Origin: Auanema rhodensis
Taxonomy: Eukaryota > Animalia > Nematoda
Reading direction: 5' to 3'
DNA: 64,000 bases
NCBI GenBank assembly: GCA_964057225.1
Contig: OZ059894.1
Coordinates: forward strand, 17,794,001 to 17,858,000
Part shown: piece by piece, positions 41,092-54,196 of the stretch
How the letters are laid out: every line of letters starts with the position of its first letter
How positions within the stretch are numbered: the first letter of the stretch is position 1
Translations under genes and position numbers: made by a program
Notes under the pieces: model-generated
Databases searched by the model: none
What the model was told of the DNA's origin: nothing
The model's input: the letters and a program-made list of their open reading frames with translations, nothing else

Positions 41092-44000
41092 GAAGAAATA
41101 GGCGTCAAAAAAGCAATAGAAAGCGAGTTTAGATTATCGCACAACCGTTTGATCCTGTCAAGAAATGAAAAAATGACAATGTATTTGAATACGTGTATTT
41201 TCACGTATTACATATGTAAATATATAGAAATAAACAAGAATATACACACATATATACAGAAAGGTCTAAAGAAAAAAGGAAAAGAGGAAAACGAACGATG
41301 TTAAAATAATTTTTTTCTTTGATATTTAGAAAATATTTGATTGAATAAAGTTGTTTAATTAAATATTTCTTTTATATTAGTTAAAAGCAATGTGATTGCC
41401 TTAAGAAACAGTTAGAAAACATTAAAGCATTTCTCACTGGGATGATCCGAATATTTTTCCTACAGATGAAAAGCTCAAATTCGGAGATCATACATCAATT
41501 GTGCAATAAGAGTTTTTGTGAATAAAAGTAGATAAAGACCACATAGCAAATCAATGTAAAAGCAAAAGTGAGATTGAGCAAGGAAATGAAATTCAAATTT
41601 ATTATCAATTTTCAAAGTCTATGCATAGATGAAGAATCATTTTTTAGATTCTACGAATTCTATGAAAATTTTATAGATTTTCATAAGAAATGGTAATGAT
41701 ATACATATACTTAATAGTTCTTTGTGAAGATGTTTAAGGTTTTGATAATAAGAGTATCGACAGAGTAGAAACAAGAAAGCGCATAATGAACAACGACATG
41801 TTTAAGAAAACAAGAACAAACATTAGAAAATGAAACTGAAAATGGCAAATGAATGAAAGAAAGGAGCAAAAATAGAAGAAAAAGAAGAATTAAAAGGTTT
41901 GAATATTGAAGAGCCGCCTGAGCTAGGAATGTTTATTGGAAGCTTATATAGGATGATGATAAAGTATGTAGGGAAATTATGGGAAAACGGGGTACTAATT
42001 CAAATGAGAGGAAGTTCTTGAGACGACATTCCTCTTTTCTCTATCTTCTCAATGTCATATATATGTACCTTTATGAGTTGTTTCTTCCAACCTTTGAAGT
42101 TGTTAGTTAGGAAAGAGATGAAAAACAAGTAAAACATATCAAATTTTCTGCCATAATGTCTTATTTACTGTCTGCTTCGCCGCACAGACTGACGAAGTTC
42201 CCACTCCAGTAGCCTTTACTTCTCTTACAAACTGCCTATAGCATTCTCTTTCGTTGTTACTTCCTATTACTTGCTCTTTCTCTCTAAATACCCTTGTTCT
42301 GTCCTTTTATATATCAAAGTAATTCTTTAATTTTCAATCATTTTAATACGCTATGATCCAGGTAACTGATCTGTTCATCAAAATGAACCATTTTAAAGAT
42401 CACAACTGCAGTATAGCGTAATAAACGATCAAAGTTTTCCTAGGAGGTTACCGGATTATTTTGAAAATAATAACATGTGAGGCAATAGTTCCGATAAACG
42501 TTCATCTGCTCTTAAATGGTACTATCATCATGTTATAACAGGATAGTAATCAAGTATTAAAACGAATTAACTAGATTATAGAAAAAACATAGAAAGATGT
42601 TTGATTTTTGACAAAAATCATCTACATTTAAAAAAAAACCTTAAGAACTCAAAATTTCAAAATGTAGAAAGATAAAATTCAAATTTATATCAAAATAAAT
42701 ATTTTTGAAAAAATGAACATAATCTGAGCACCGAGTGTTCAACAATGATCAGACAATATACAACAATATTTTTTTACAAAAAAAATTGCCCAAAGTACTG
42801 CTTGAACTTTGACAAGAGGAATTGTGCGTTTGAGAGTAATCATACGTTCATAACAATGCTACAGAAATAAACTCAATATTTCCAAATAATACGAAAAAAT
42901 CATAACAAGGGAATAGACTAGAAATCCTTGGCATACAATAAACACATGATGCCTTCGATTTGATGGGAAAAAAATTGAACGGAGACTTATAGAACAAAAG
43001 GAAATTTTAGGCATTTTGCAGTCGAAAGTATGCTAGAGACGAACATGTTCCCATTTGATGTAGCCTGCGAGACAGAAATTAGAAGAGAGAAAAACTGAGA
43101 AACAATAGCATAAACAACAGATAATTGATTTCATTGTGAAACTACCAGGCAGAAGAATTAACAGCAGAATCCGTCGATTTAAATTTAAGTTCCTTTTCTG
43201 AATGCGTCTTAAGCCGATATTTCCATTAAGGAACGAATTTTCTGACCTTCGCGTGCTCTCCTGGAGCCAACTATAATTCGTATTATTCGTGCTGTTGGTT
43301 GTTTTTTTCTCGAATTTGAAACAAAGAAAAATACAACATCTGTTTAGAAAATGTTTGTGGAAGTTTCAGTTGGTACTAAATACAAGGAGAAACAATTCGA
43401 GATACAATTGCTGTGAATTTCGTATCAAATTCATGACTAACACTGTTCTTGATTTGTGTAAACTTACGTAAACAAAATACATAAACAAAATAATATCATT
43501 TTGTATAATTCAATATCAAGAAACTATTTACAAATAAATATTCACAAGTTTTTTTCTAGTAGTTCTAGCAATGTATACTACAATTGGCGCATAAGTTTAT
43601 GTGACAGTTATGTGATAAGTCAGGTGATCTACATGGTATTTCATTTCTTCATGTGTAAGAGGCAATATCGGTTGCATTTCATCTACGTATTCATTATCAT
43701 TCTTACATCATGATCAATGATAAATTTCATAATATTGATTTTCCATAGTACAAATAAAACTTTTGTTCATTTTTCAAGTAGAAAAGGATAGCTGACGGTA
43801 ATTTGGACAAAAATATTGATGAAGTTGAAAAAAGTAGTTGAAACCAGGCAGAAAATTTAATAGTAATTTCTCTCATTTATATAATAATTTTTGCTTTGTA
43901 CGTATGATTCGTTCTCCAGACATGAGATTTCGTCTTGCAGATTTGAAATAAATTATATTCAGAATCTGTGAAATCCGTTCAGAACCTTGATTAAGTAACC

Positions 44001-44147
44001 GAATTTTAGCTGTAAGGGTTTTACGGTCCAACTACCGGAATCGTCATTATTGATATCGGAGCGCACAGTGTACTGCAAGCAGACCGGTTGTAGTCTTTTT
44101 ATTTTTACAATTTCTTCATTTGGATCGTCTTTGAAACACCATTTTCA

Positions 44148-44974
44148 ATGGAAGCAGAAGCTTTGTACGATTTCGAAAATACAGACGAGGAGGAACTACG
44201 ATTTTCTAAAGGAGCTATACTGAAGGTAGGTCCATTTTAGTAGTTTTCAGATTTCACTTATATTATTGTTTATTATGGTTATATTTCTTTGATGTTCTCT
44301 CAGATTTTAAATACTGATGACAGTAATTGGTATTTTGCTGAAATTAAAGGCCGGGAAGGGTTTGTACCAGTTAATTATATAAAGTAATCCTTTCCTTCTT
44401 TTCAAATCCATAATAAAAATTTAATTGATCATTTTCATGTATGAAAAACCTTCGTGGTATGTAGATAAAGTCGATGGTCAAACTGTTTTTGAGCAACTTT
44501 TACGATATCAAACAGGAACTTTTCTTTGTAGGTATTTTCTGGAGCTAGACAGAGAATTAACCAAAGTGGGTTGTTCCATTTAGGCCCTCACGTTCGTTTC
44601 CCGGAGAATTTGCTCTCTCGGTCGTAAATTCCGAATTAAAAATCACTCATTTCCGCATTTTTAAAAACGCAGGTTCTTTATAATTTTTTCAAGTTTCTCA
44701 AAAAAAAGAGATTATAGGCTATTACAACATATGGAAAGAGAAATTCACTTCTTTAAATCAATTAGTAGCTTATTACAAACGTCATGCTCTGATTAAATGT
44801 GATGTTCCCCTTATATTGACTAAAGCTATGGAGTCAGGTGAACCAAGTGCCTCAACATCATTCAGTTCAACAAGAAATCAAGTATCAAAAAAATTATACT
44901 AGAATTAGTTTTTTTTTCGAATATTGCAGGCAAATGAGGAAAACGAAGATGATGACGAAGTATTTGAAAAATAA
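44148..44974 (+). CDS. GRB2/SEM-5-like adaptor with SH3-SH2 only and an acidic tail (no C-terminal SH3)
   Basis: MEAEALYDFENTDEEELRFSKGAILK|ILNTDDSNWYFAEIKGREGFVPVNYIK closely parallels the GRB2 N-SH3. SH2: PSWY...GTFLCRPSRSFPGEFALSV...ITHFRI...FTSLNQLVAYY. The protein ends ANEENEDDDEVFEK*. The model needs a non-AG acceptor in intron 2. Confidence 0.8.
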
Positions 44975-45553
44975 TAATAGAGATTTGTGTAGATATAAAA
45001 TTGAATGTTTCCATGAAATGTATAATAATTTTAATTCGAATGTTTTCCACGTGAGCAGCCAGGTAATCAGCGTAGCTCTCATATCTTGTTGTGTTCATTG
45101 CCAGAACGGTTGCTTTTTGAATATTCAATCTTCTTTTATTCTTTTTATAGAGAAAAAATATATGTGTTTAATGTAATTAAAAGATTTTTTTCTCGAAAAC
45201 ATGTACTTGATTTTTAAATTCGAAAAACTTAACTAAATAAATTTATCTTTTCCATTCAAAACTATTTTAAACCAAAAAAAGAAGATTAACTGAAAATCTG
45301 CTATATTCACATTACAAATGGCAGGAACGCAAGCATTGAAAGCTAGAGTCAGACAGCCAGCGTGTTTCTTTTTCACTCACGATGTCAATGTACAACATAT
45401 TCGTTAATCTTCTTTGCGTTTTCGGATTTCTTTCTTTTAACGTCCAATATTTATATTTTGTATTGGTACTAAATTACCTCTTACAGTTTTAATTTATTTG
45501 GCTAGTTTGATGGCTTTCTGAATTAGAACAATTTTGGGTTAGAAACCAAAGTC

Positions 45554-48500
45554 ATGGTTCCCAAGGAAAAAAAGGAGAAGAAAAGAAGTGAAAAAGAGAA
45601 CAGTGACGAGAAAACAAAGGTAGACCGTAAATGTTGGATCTTTTCATAAATATATATATAATTTGTTTTTAGAGAAGAAGTTCGCTAGTAGATAGTTCTT
45701 CGCCCTCAACTTCTTCCACTAGTAGCAGTGTTGATAGTGACGAAAATAGCTCAGGTACTGCTGAGAGCAAAAGCACCATGACTTCCATTGATTTGCCTAG
45801 TTGCCCAACTTTGCCTACAGACCCCAGTTTGGTATGTTTAAATTTTGATAATTTTGATAATTTCCTTCTTGTTTTTCGCTTAAACCTTATACCGTGCTTC
45901 TTTCAGTATCGAACAGTGTGTACTGACATCCCTCCTAACATAGGCCAAGATATTGGATTCACAAGTCTCTCAAATCAATTTCCTGTAAGTTTATAGTTTA
46001 TATCGATTTTTCAATGTTGTACTATTGATTTAAGTTGAATAATACGCAACCCTCTCCTCCCATTTCCGATGATTCAAAAAAGAATAAATCCTCGAACAAA
46101 AAGAAGCAAGACAAAAGAGATAAAAAGGAAAAGAAGGAAAACACTTCTTTGCGAAATTCATTAGAAACTTCAAAAATGGTAATCTGTGCAAAATTTCCTT
46201 AACATACATGGGCTTTGTTCAGCGTACACAAGATCAGCATGCTATGAGACGTGAAGTAGCAGAGCTTTTAAAGCTAAATCCACAACAACCCACATCTCCA
46301 TCAAGTTATTCTAAAGGTTTTCCGTGAGTTTATTGATGTATTTCAAGCATTCCTATCATGATTTGTTTTTAGAAATACGAAAAAATCTGATAATCAAGAT
46401 AAACTCGCTGCCACAATTGGATTTGGCATTGCCGCTACGGGTATTTATGACAGAATCCCAGAAATGACTGGATGTAGACAGGATAAAAGCGTAGTATTTC
46501 GAGGAGTTACTTATTCAGAATATGTTGGAGAGAAACGCGTTAATTGGAGATCAGCTTATGAAGAAGTTTAGCTATTACTTTTTACAAATTTGATCCTATT
46601 CTACTTAGACATATATCAAAGAGAAAGAACAGTATGGTCAAATGAAAGTTGATTGGGAAGCTGTGGGAGCTCAACGTAAAAAGTTGAAAGCTGTATGTTA
46701 AGATATCCATTTTATTTCTTTTAATTTTTGTTATGTCAGATAGTCAATAGACTTGCCAAAAACAAATGGATTCGTGATTTCCTTCATCTAGTTTTGGATG
46801 GAAAAATTAAAAAGGTATTTTTTTATATTTTATTTATTTCGGCATTGATATCTAAAATTATATTTTTAATCAATAATTTTAAATTATTCTTTCCTTCTTT
46901 ATATAAATTTCTCACCTGCTGCACCATGAGAACAACATAAATTATCATTAATTAATTATATGAAATTTAATAATATGTTTCTTAAGGTATGGAAAAGAAT
47001 AGAAATTGTTCAACGTGTATTGAAAGAACATGAAGGTGAACATCCTTATCGTAGCATGGGAAGTACTGCCATGCTTGAATTAGTTATGCAGGTATGAATC
47101 AATTAATTTATGCCTAAGTTAGGTTTCTTTTCTAGGTATTAGTGCAAATGTTAATTGAGCCCGACGACGGTTTTAATTTGCTCATGTATTTGGTTACACA
47201 TTCATTCCCTGAATGTATTCTTAATGATAAAAAAGAGCCTCCTACGGCTCCTTGTTTTCATAGAAATCATAGTGATTGCATGTAAATATTGCCATAATTA
47301 ATATTATTTTATTACTCTATAATAGGCTGGCTGAGCTTATTTTGTCTTCCCTACCTCCTTTATCTCAACGCCGTCTACTAGCTCATTGTACCACTACTAC
47401 GAGAAGAAGAGCCATTCATTTCGCAGCTAGTGCAGGAAATCCATGTCAACTAGATGTATTGCTCAAATTTGGTAAGTTTCTTTGTTATCAAAAAATTATA
47501 ATTAACTTCCCATTTTCAGATGTTAATACAAATTACATCGATGCTACTGGTAGAGCTCCCATACACTACGGTTTAGCTCGCAATAATGTTCTTATGGTTT
47601 GGTTTTTCAATTTGTTTCTTTTCACACATGTTTACTTGTTAAGTTGCGTCAATTGATGTGGCATGGAACTGATTTATCTCTGTTTGATCCCGTTCGAAAG
47701 AAGATGCCAGTCGATGATGTTTTAGATAATTATGATGTGAGTTCTTTTATAACAATACTGCTCATCTTATTTCTTCTACAGGTTAATTACTTCCTAACGG
47801 ACCGTTTGAAAGCTTTGGAGCGAGCAATGTCTGCTTGGTTGAAGGCCCTATGTGCAGGTGAGTAAAATTAATATACTTATACTTTAAGTCTTCACATTTT
47901 CAGGCAAATGGAAGCTTGGAAGTGCCGTAACAGCTTTACATTGTACCAGAATAGCTATGTATGGTGATTCTGTGAATCAATGTCTCGGAATGGGTGCAGC
48001 ATATACACGGTTTGGTTATGGAACTAAAACAAATAGTCGACCTGTTAGTTTTTTTTTATGTTTTTCCAAATTATTTGAATTGTTTTACAGAGAATTGTAA
48101 ACTTAGCAATGAGAGATGAACAATTAGCCAATATTTCGAAAAATCCTGAGCATTCAGTTGTATGTATTCCTTGGAATTAATCGTTTAGCATTAAAAACTA
48201 TTTCAGATGTTATTCGCCTTGCCTGTTATGTTCACCCCTTATGATCCTATAATGCCTGCTATTGTAAGTTTTTGTGATTTATTTCAATTTATCATTCTTT
48301 TTCTTTCGCACGGTACCAGTTGATTATTTCTTTTTTTTCAGTATCCTCATGTTGTTAGAACGAAATTAGTTGTTGACAATGATTATCTCGGTACGCCTGC
48401 ACATGTTATGTGCCTAGATCCTCAGTACGTTGTCTGTTATATTCAAAACTATCTTTTACTTTAGACTCAAATATACTGCCGGAGGTGTAGAGCAAACTCA

Positions 48501-48750
48501 TGATTTACCTTCCGCATTTCATGAAATGCATAATGGTTACATTTATGCTTGGCAATTTCCTAAAAATGTCGATGAGCAAAGTTTGTTACTTAATTTTTTC
48601 TTTGAGTAATTCGTTTCTGTTTAAGCATCACCTACCCTCACTCTTCCTATTGATCCTTCTCAATTGGGAGGAGCTATGGCTAGACATTCGTTGTTCTTCA
48701 TTCAGGCATATTCAGTGACAAATCTATTTGCCAAGCAGAAATGCGAATAA
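45554..48750 (+). CDS. Ankyrin-repeat-containing protein with a low-complexity K/S-rich N-terminus (about 20 exons)
   Basis: Ankyrin repeats RRAIHFAASAGNPCQLDVLLKF|DVNTNYIDATGRAPIHYGLARNNVLM|LRQLMWHGTD. Contiguous in-frame short exons run from MVPKEKKEKK to ...AKQKCE*. Confidence 0.8.
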
Positions 48751-49861
48751 GTCAGAATGTAATCTAGTTTATACAGTTTCCGAATGTTTTATCCCAGTGA
48801 CTGTTCCAATCATTATATTCGGAAGCCCTTTATACACCTGGCGGGTTTGAATGACAGAGGTGATGATACTGAGATCATAACCTGCTTCCTCCAGAAATAC
48901 GTAACATTAGTTTTAGGTTTGCGAGATAAAGGAAGGTTAGTCTTGAGCTCAGTACTTTCACTTCATCGTTTTGATTGTTATTTATTTCCTTTTCGTCCTA
49001 AATCCATAATGTTTAATAAATCTCGTACTTATTTAAATTGTCTGATTTTTTTGTTTAATAAAAAAACACCGTAAGCTATTTATTTATTGCATGACTGGCC
49101 AGCGAAATCTCGAAGTGAATTTTAAACACTCAGCCATCGTTTAGTATATCTATAGTATATTAAAGTGATTACGAAGATTATTTTCTGCTTAAAGCTAAAA
49201 TTGAAAATCAAATGCGCTTTACAATTTTTACACTTGTTCTATAGTCATCAATCCCACTCATTTGAAATTAAATCCTAGAACTTCTAATAGTAACGCTTTT
49301 TCAATTCCTTATAATAAACGAATATTATTTTTTTTATATAAATAAAAGTGTCAACAATGATTTTCATATCGCAGTTACAATAAAGGAGCAATTTTACTTT
49401 TTGATTACTAAAATGAAATATTACACAAAAGAAAGCAATAAAAACCACTCACATCCCAGAGCAATAAAAAAAATTAATCGCACTTCTTTCATTACAAAAT
49501 CGCTCTTGATGAACTCATGAAGTGTTCGCAAACTCATTCGACTTAAAAAACGATTATTTTTCATAAAATTGTACACAATATTTGAATGGAATCTATAATA
49601 ATATGAATTTTGCGTAGAAATTTCATATCGTACGTCTATATTAAATATTAAAACATTAATAAGCACAACAGTTGAGAACTGTGAAAAGGCAAGCAAGTAT
49701 ATTACTTATTAGTATATTAGAACTTCCAGGTTGAAATTGAATATATATTTCATTCATTTGAGCCTTTAACTTCTAATTCTATAAAAAATTAAAATTTCAT
49801 TACCGCTCGGGTCACTTTGTTAAAATACAGTACGCAAAATACCGTGAATAAAAAATTGAAC

Positions 49862-49877
49862 TGGCGCGTCTTTTAAA
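49862..49877 (+). promoter_or_regulatory. CDE-CHR (DREAM/E2F-MuvB) cell-cycle promoter element upstream of Zwilch
   Basis: TGGCGC-GTCT-TTTAAA fits BSSSSS-N4-TTYRAA exactly and lies ~50 bp upstream of the ATG of a kinetochore gene. Confidence 0.55.
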
Positions 49878-49925
49878 TTTACAAAATAATAAAATGATCA
49901 TTTCACTATAAGCATCACAAACAAA

Positions 49926-52402
49926 ATGTCGGCTAAAGTAACTAGATGTATGCTGGAAGCTTTTAATACTAATTCTGCTAATGATCTATCAGAACAGATT
50001 TCACTGGTATGTTAGGGTTTTTCTGCTTCGTTTTCATATACTATAATTTCTAGTTAGAAAAATACCGTATACGCTTATGTCACAGTACTTTGTTACCAAT
50101 ATGGTCTAATTCATCTGCTCCTGCTTCCGATATCATTTTGATTGATCTTTTAAGTCATGAGGTAGATATTCTGAAGTTCTCAATAGTTGAAACCTTAATT
50201 AGAAAAAAGAAGAGCAGAGCGAAGAATGCAGATATACAGACAATGTGAGATCACGCCCATTTGAATATGAGATGGACGTAGATGAAGCTAATGGAGGTTG
50301 CCCACTAACTTTTCAGTTTTTGACTTTAGCTTCTATGAAATCAAATGAGACTTGGAAAGGTATATATATATACATATATGCATAGGGATTAATTTTTTTT
50401 CATATTTTTAGCTCCACGAAGAACAGTCGGATCAGTTAGTATTGAATATTTCAATTGCAATCCTATTCCTACTCGCGAAGCTTTGGAGCTTCGTGATATG
50501 TATGATAAATATGCTTTTCATTTTCTTTCTTAATTTCTTAATTTAAGCTTTGTCTCCAATGATTACTTGGAAACAACTTTGAGTGGTCTCCCTGTTGTTT
50601 TCATTACTGATGGAAGCGACAAAGAAGTTATTGCTCTAGCATCTATGCAATTATGTAAAAATAAAATAAATTCTTCATTAACTCGTTTCTTTGGTATGTT
50701 TTAATATTGCTTATATTTTATTCTTTATTTATACAGGCAGAGCTACTGATTCCGTTAAGCAACAACTTTGTCAGCTAACAAAACGTTTCGGTGCTTTAGA
50801 AAAAAGAAGCAAAGCTTCTGCTGTATATAGTGTTAGTTTTTCTGTGTTAATAATGTTGTATGTTCTAACTGTTTTTAGATTGTATCTGAAAAGGCTTCTG
50901 GTATTGCTGCATCTGCAGCTGTAATGGCCAAAATGAATCTCACATTCAAATGGCAAGAAGGAATTAAGGTGAGTTTCACTTTGTTGTATGAGTTATCTTA
51001 ATATTTATTCCAGGATAACACATTTTTAGCCCCACCTTCTCCTTCTGCTAGTGCAATTTTACATGTATCACCTGGTTGGAAAGATGTTAGAATCAGTCTC
51101 TACGAAAATAGTAAAGAATTAGAGTTTATTTTGGTTAGTTATTCAATAAAACTGCACATAAAGTCCTATACGTTATAGGCTCTGGCAAAAACTTTATCTG
51201 ACGATACGACTATGATGTTCCCTAAATCGGAGAAACGTCCCGAAGAAATTCTTAAGAAAGTTTCTGATTTAGTTGATAGCTGCAGAGGAATCCAAAGAGA
51301 TACCGCATCTCAAAATAACAGGTATTATTACTAATACTATTCTTATTTCATATATTTAACTTGCAGATTCTTTGATTTTACAGAACATCTTTGGTCATGC
51401 ATCAAAGATTGCGATAGCTATGAAACTTTAGTATCAGCTTTCAAAATTGTCTTTGGTGCTTTGAAGGAATTGAAAATCAACACGATCGTAAGATTATTTC
51501 TTTATTATTGTACATCTCGTGATTGTTTTAGCTCCATCACGACAACAAATCTACTGTTGCTCGATTGGTGCGTGACTCCTTATCTGGCGAGTTGTTGCTT
51601 CCTAGATTAGAGGCGTTGACCCCAATTCAACTTTTGTTAGAAATTGGAATAGAGAGATTCAGAAGGTATATTAAATAAAGTTCTGTCATGAGACGTTGTA
51701 ACACATACAGAGATATGGTCCATATGTTTGTGAGTGAGTCTTTAGCTACTTCTGAGAAAGAGATTATGGATGCGAAGTTTGTTGGAACCAATCCAGAGCA
51801 GAGAGCATATTCTCTTTTACCTATGCATCTTGCTCTCCAAACAATGCTTGAGGTAATAATATCCTCTGTTTTGTGCAATATTTTCTTTTTTCTGTAGATT
51901 AAAAAAAATCTTCAAATTAGCACTCATCAGATCGTGAATATGACAAGGTATTTATTTTAAAAAAAGTTGTGTTGTATGCTCTTAATTGTGTTTTTCAGAA
52001 TTGTTCTTCACCAGTTCTCTGATGCTCCTATTACAGACATTTCTAAAGTTTTCTTTGAAACTGAAGTTTCGTTTGTCGATATTAAGCCTGAAATTATGGA
52101 AAAGTGAGCAAATTGGCCTCCTTCATCGAAATACTTATTGTTTAGTGTTCAACCTCTGCTTTGGACTAATGAAACTCTATATATGCACAAAAACCCTATA
52201 GCTTCAACAGTAGTGAGCTTTTCTCGTGAAAGTAATTTCAAGCACTTGGATAGGTTTATTCACACAAAATCAAAGGTAATATTTTATTTTTACGGCTAAC
52301 AATACAATATTCTAGGATTGTGATGAGCCCGCAGATCCTTCTGAACAATATTTATGTTCCTTGACTACCTCAACATTCGTCAACAGAGATATTCTTCCCT
52401 AG
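49926..52402 (+). CDS. zwl-1: Zwilch, RZZ kinetochore complex subunit
   Basis: LEKYRIRL, GCPLTFQFLT, NPIP, and DFTEHLWSCIKDCDSYETLVSAFKIVFGAL...HHDNKSTVARLVRDS...LPRLEALTPIQLLLEIGIERFRRD, matching the Zwilch pattern (DFT..LW, H..N.S..A.L, P...L.EIG). Confidence 0.85.
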
Positions 52403-52561
52403 ATCCTTTTTTTGTTTTAAAATATTAATTTTATCTGTGTTTTATCTTGATCTAAAGCTTTTTTCCCAGTGTTCTTTAAAATATTTTATATCTGACGCTT
52501 TATTAGAAAGGTCATTGGTTTTAACCAATCACGTATTTTCACTTCAAATCATTTAAAGGAT

Positions 52562-53302
52562 ATGGCTTCTTTATTCAGATGGGAGACACCGGTCGTCTCG
52601 TTAATGAATTTGAATCTTATTTTTATGATTTTTCTCCTCGCGGATTCACTGATGGAGGTGTGAGTTTTTCATGTATTAGTCTAATTTATCTCTTTAGTTT
52701 ATAATGCCGTAATCGATAGTTGGGGAGAAGCTGTCACTATTTTTCTGAACAAAACTGACTTTCCCAACGTAAAAATTATAAATTCATACTTATGTAAATT
52801 ACATTATTTTAGTTGAAAGATCGAAAAAAATTTGAACGAGATTTGTTGGGACTTTTATTCAGGACTAAATGTAATTTCAAAGGCATTCTTCACAAATTCA
52901 CAGTAATTATTTAGTTTCTTTTCTTTTTAAAATAAAATTATATTAGGAATTTGCTATGCGCTATATTTTCCGTATTCCTACTGCCGTAACTCTACCTGAA
53001 CACAAAATGTCTCAAATTCTTGCTGTTGAGCAAGTTAAATCTCAAACGTATTATGATCCTGGAAAAATTGAAAAAAGTTTTAAGAAAAAGGAAAATCAAA
53101 TAATCGAAGTAGGGAATGGTGTAAACTTTATTTTACTTTTTACTTTTTTTAGCTAAGATACAGATTAGCTGAAAGGGAAAGTATGATGAAGGAAATCGAT
53201 GATGTCCTGAAGATTGTAGAAGCGATTGAGAGAGCATCAGAGAGAAAGGAACTTGAACTTTCACAATTGAACTCGACTCATTCATCTGCAATGTCAACCT
53301 AA
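52562..53302 (+). CDS. mis-12: Mis12 kinetochore protein
   Basis: FESYFYDFSPRGFTDG|VYNAVID...EFAMRYIFRIPTAVTLPEH followed by a coiled coil. These are the Mis12 (F.F.P..F.D..YN and IF.IP..V.LPE) motifs. Five exons. Confidence 0.8.
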
Positions 53303-53462
53303 GTGATCTAACCTGTCTCATGAATAATTGTATTTTCATTATCCAATAACTCCACTTGTATTAATCAATGAAATTGATTCCATGTAAAGTTTTTAATTTT
53401 CATAGTGGCGAGCCCTTCAGTGTTTATTTTCCATCCAAGTTTTTTTTTAATCAGTTGCATAG

Positions 53463-54196
53463 ATGGCTGCAGTGAAAATTTTTGAGCTGCTTGATGTTTT
53501 GGATTCTTTGAAACATTTGAAACGCACAGGATGGGTTAAGATGGGGGTTGGTTACATCGAAGTTATATCTTATAGTTGTTAATATTTAGGTTCCTGAACC
53601 TGAAACTGTCGCTTGTCATATGTATCGTATGGCTGTACTGGCAATGTCCTTGGAAGGACAATTAGGCAAGTATTTATCTTGTACATAATATTTTTAATTG
53701 AAATTACTTACAGATATAGATATATTCCGAACGGTTAGAATGTGTTTAGTACATGATATTGCTGAAGCTATTGTCGGCGATATTACACCGTACTGCGGAG
53801 TCTCAGAAGATCTTAAACATACCATGGAGCATGATGTAGCGAAGCATGCTGTTGTTTAAAATTCAAAACAATCTTGTAGGGTATTAAGAAAATCGCTTCG
53901 TTTGCACCAGCTGTCGGAGAGGATTGGCTTGATCTTTGGATGGAATACGAAAAGCAAGAAACACTAATTGCTAAAGTAGTGAAGCATTTGGACAAGTTTG
54001 ATATGACATCTCAAGCTCTTACTTACGAGCGCAAATATGGTACGCTGTGTATATAGAAGTAACTGAATCAAATATTTATTATATTGCAGGTATCGACCTT
54101 TCCCAATTTTTCGAAACAACGAAAAACGTCTTCACAATTGAACCATTCATGCAGTGGGACAAAGAAATGAGAGAAAATAGAGATAAGAAAATGTAG
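53463..54196 (+). CDS. HD-domain 5'-deoxynucleotidase, HDDC2-like
   Basis: LKHLKRTGWV, ETVACHMYRMA, MCLVHDIAEAIVGDITP, LWMEYE, VKHLDKFDM, DLSQFF. Confidence 0.93.

Noticed and set aside
48870-48895. TGAGATCA, the miR-58/bantam family seed
   Set aside because: The best local fold puts the seed in or next to a loop with no pre-miRNA-length stem, and it lies in the ankyrin gene 3' region.
52517-52526. GGTTTTAACC, identical to the start of the SL2 leader
   Set aside because: There is no full 22-nt leader, donor or Sm site. It is better explained as part of the intercistronic stem-loop.
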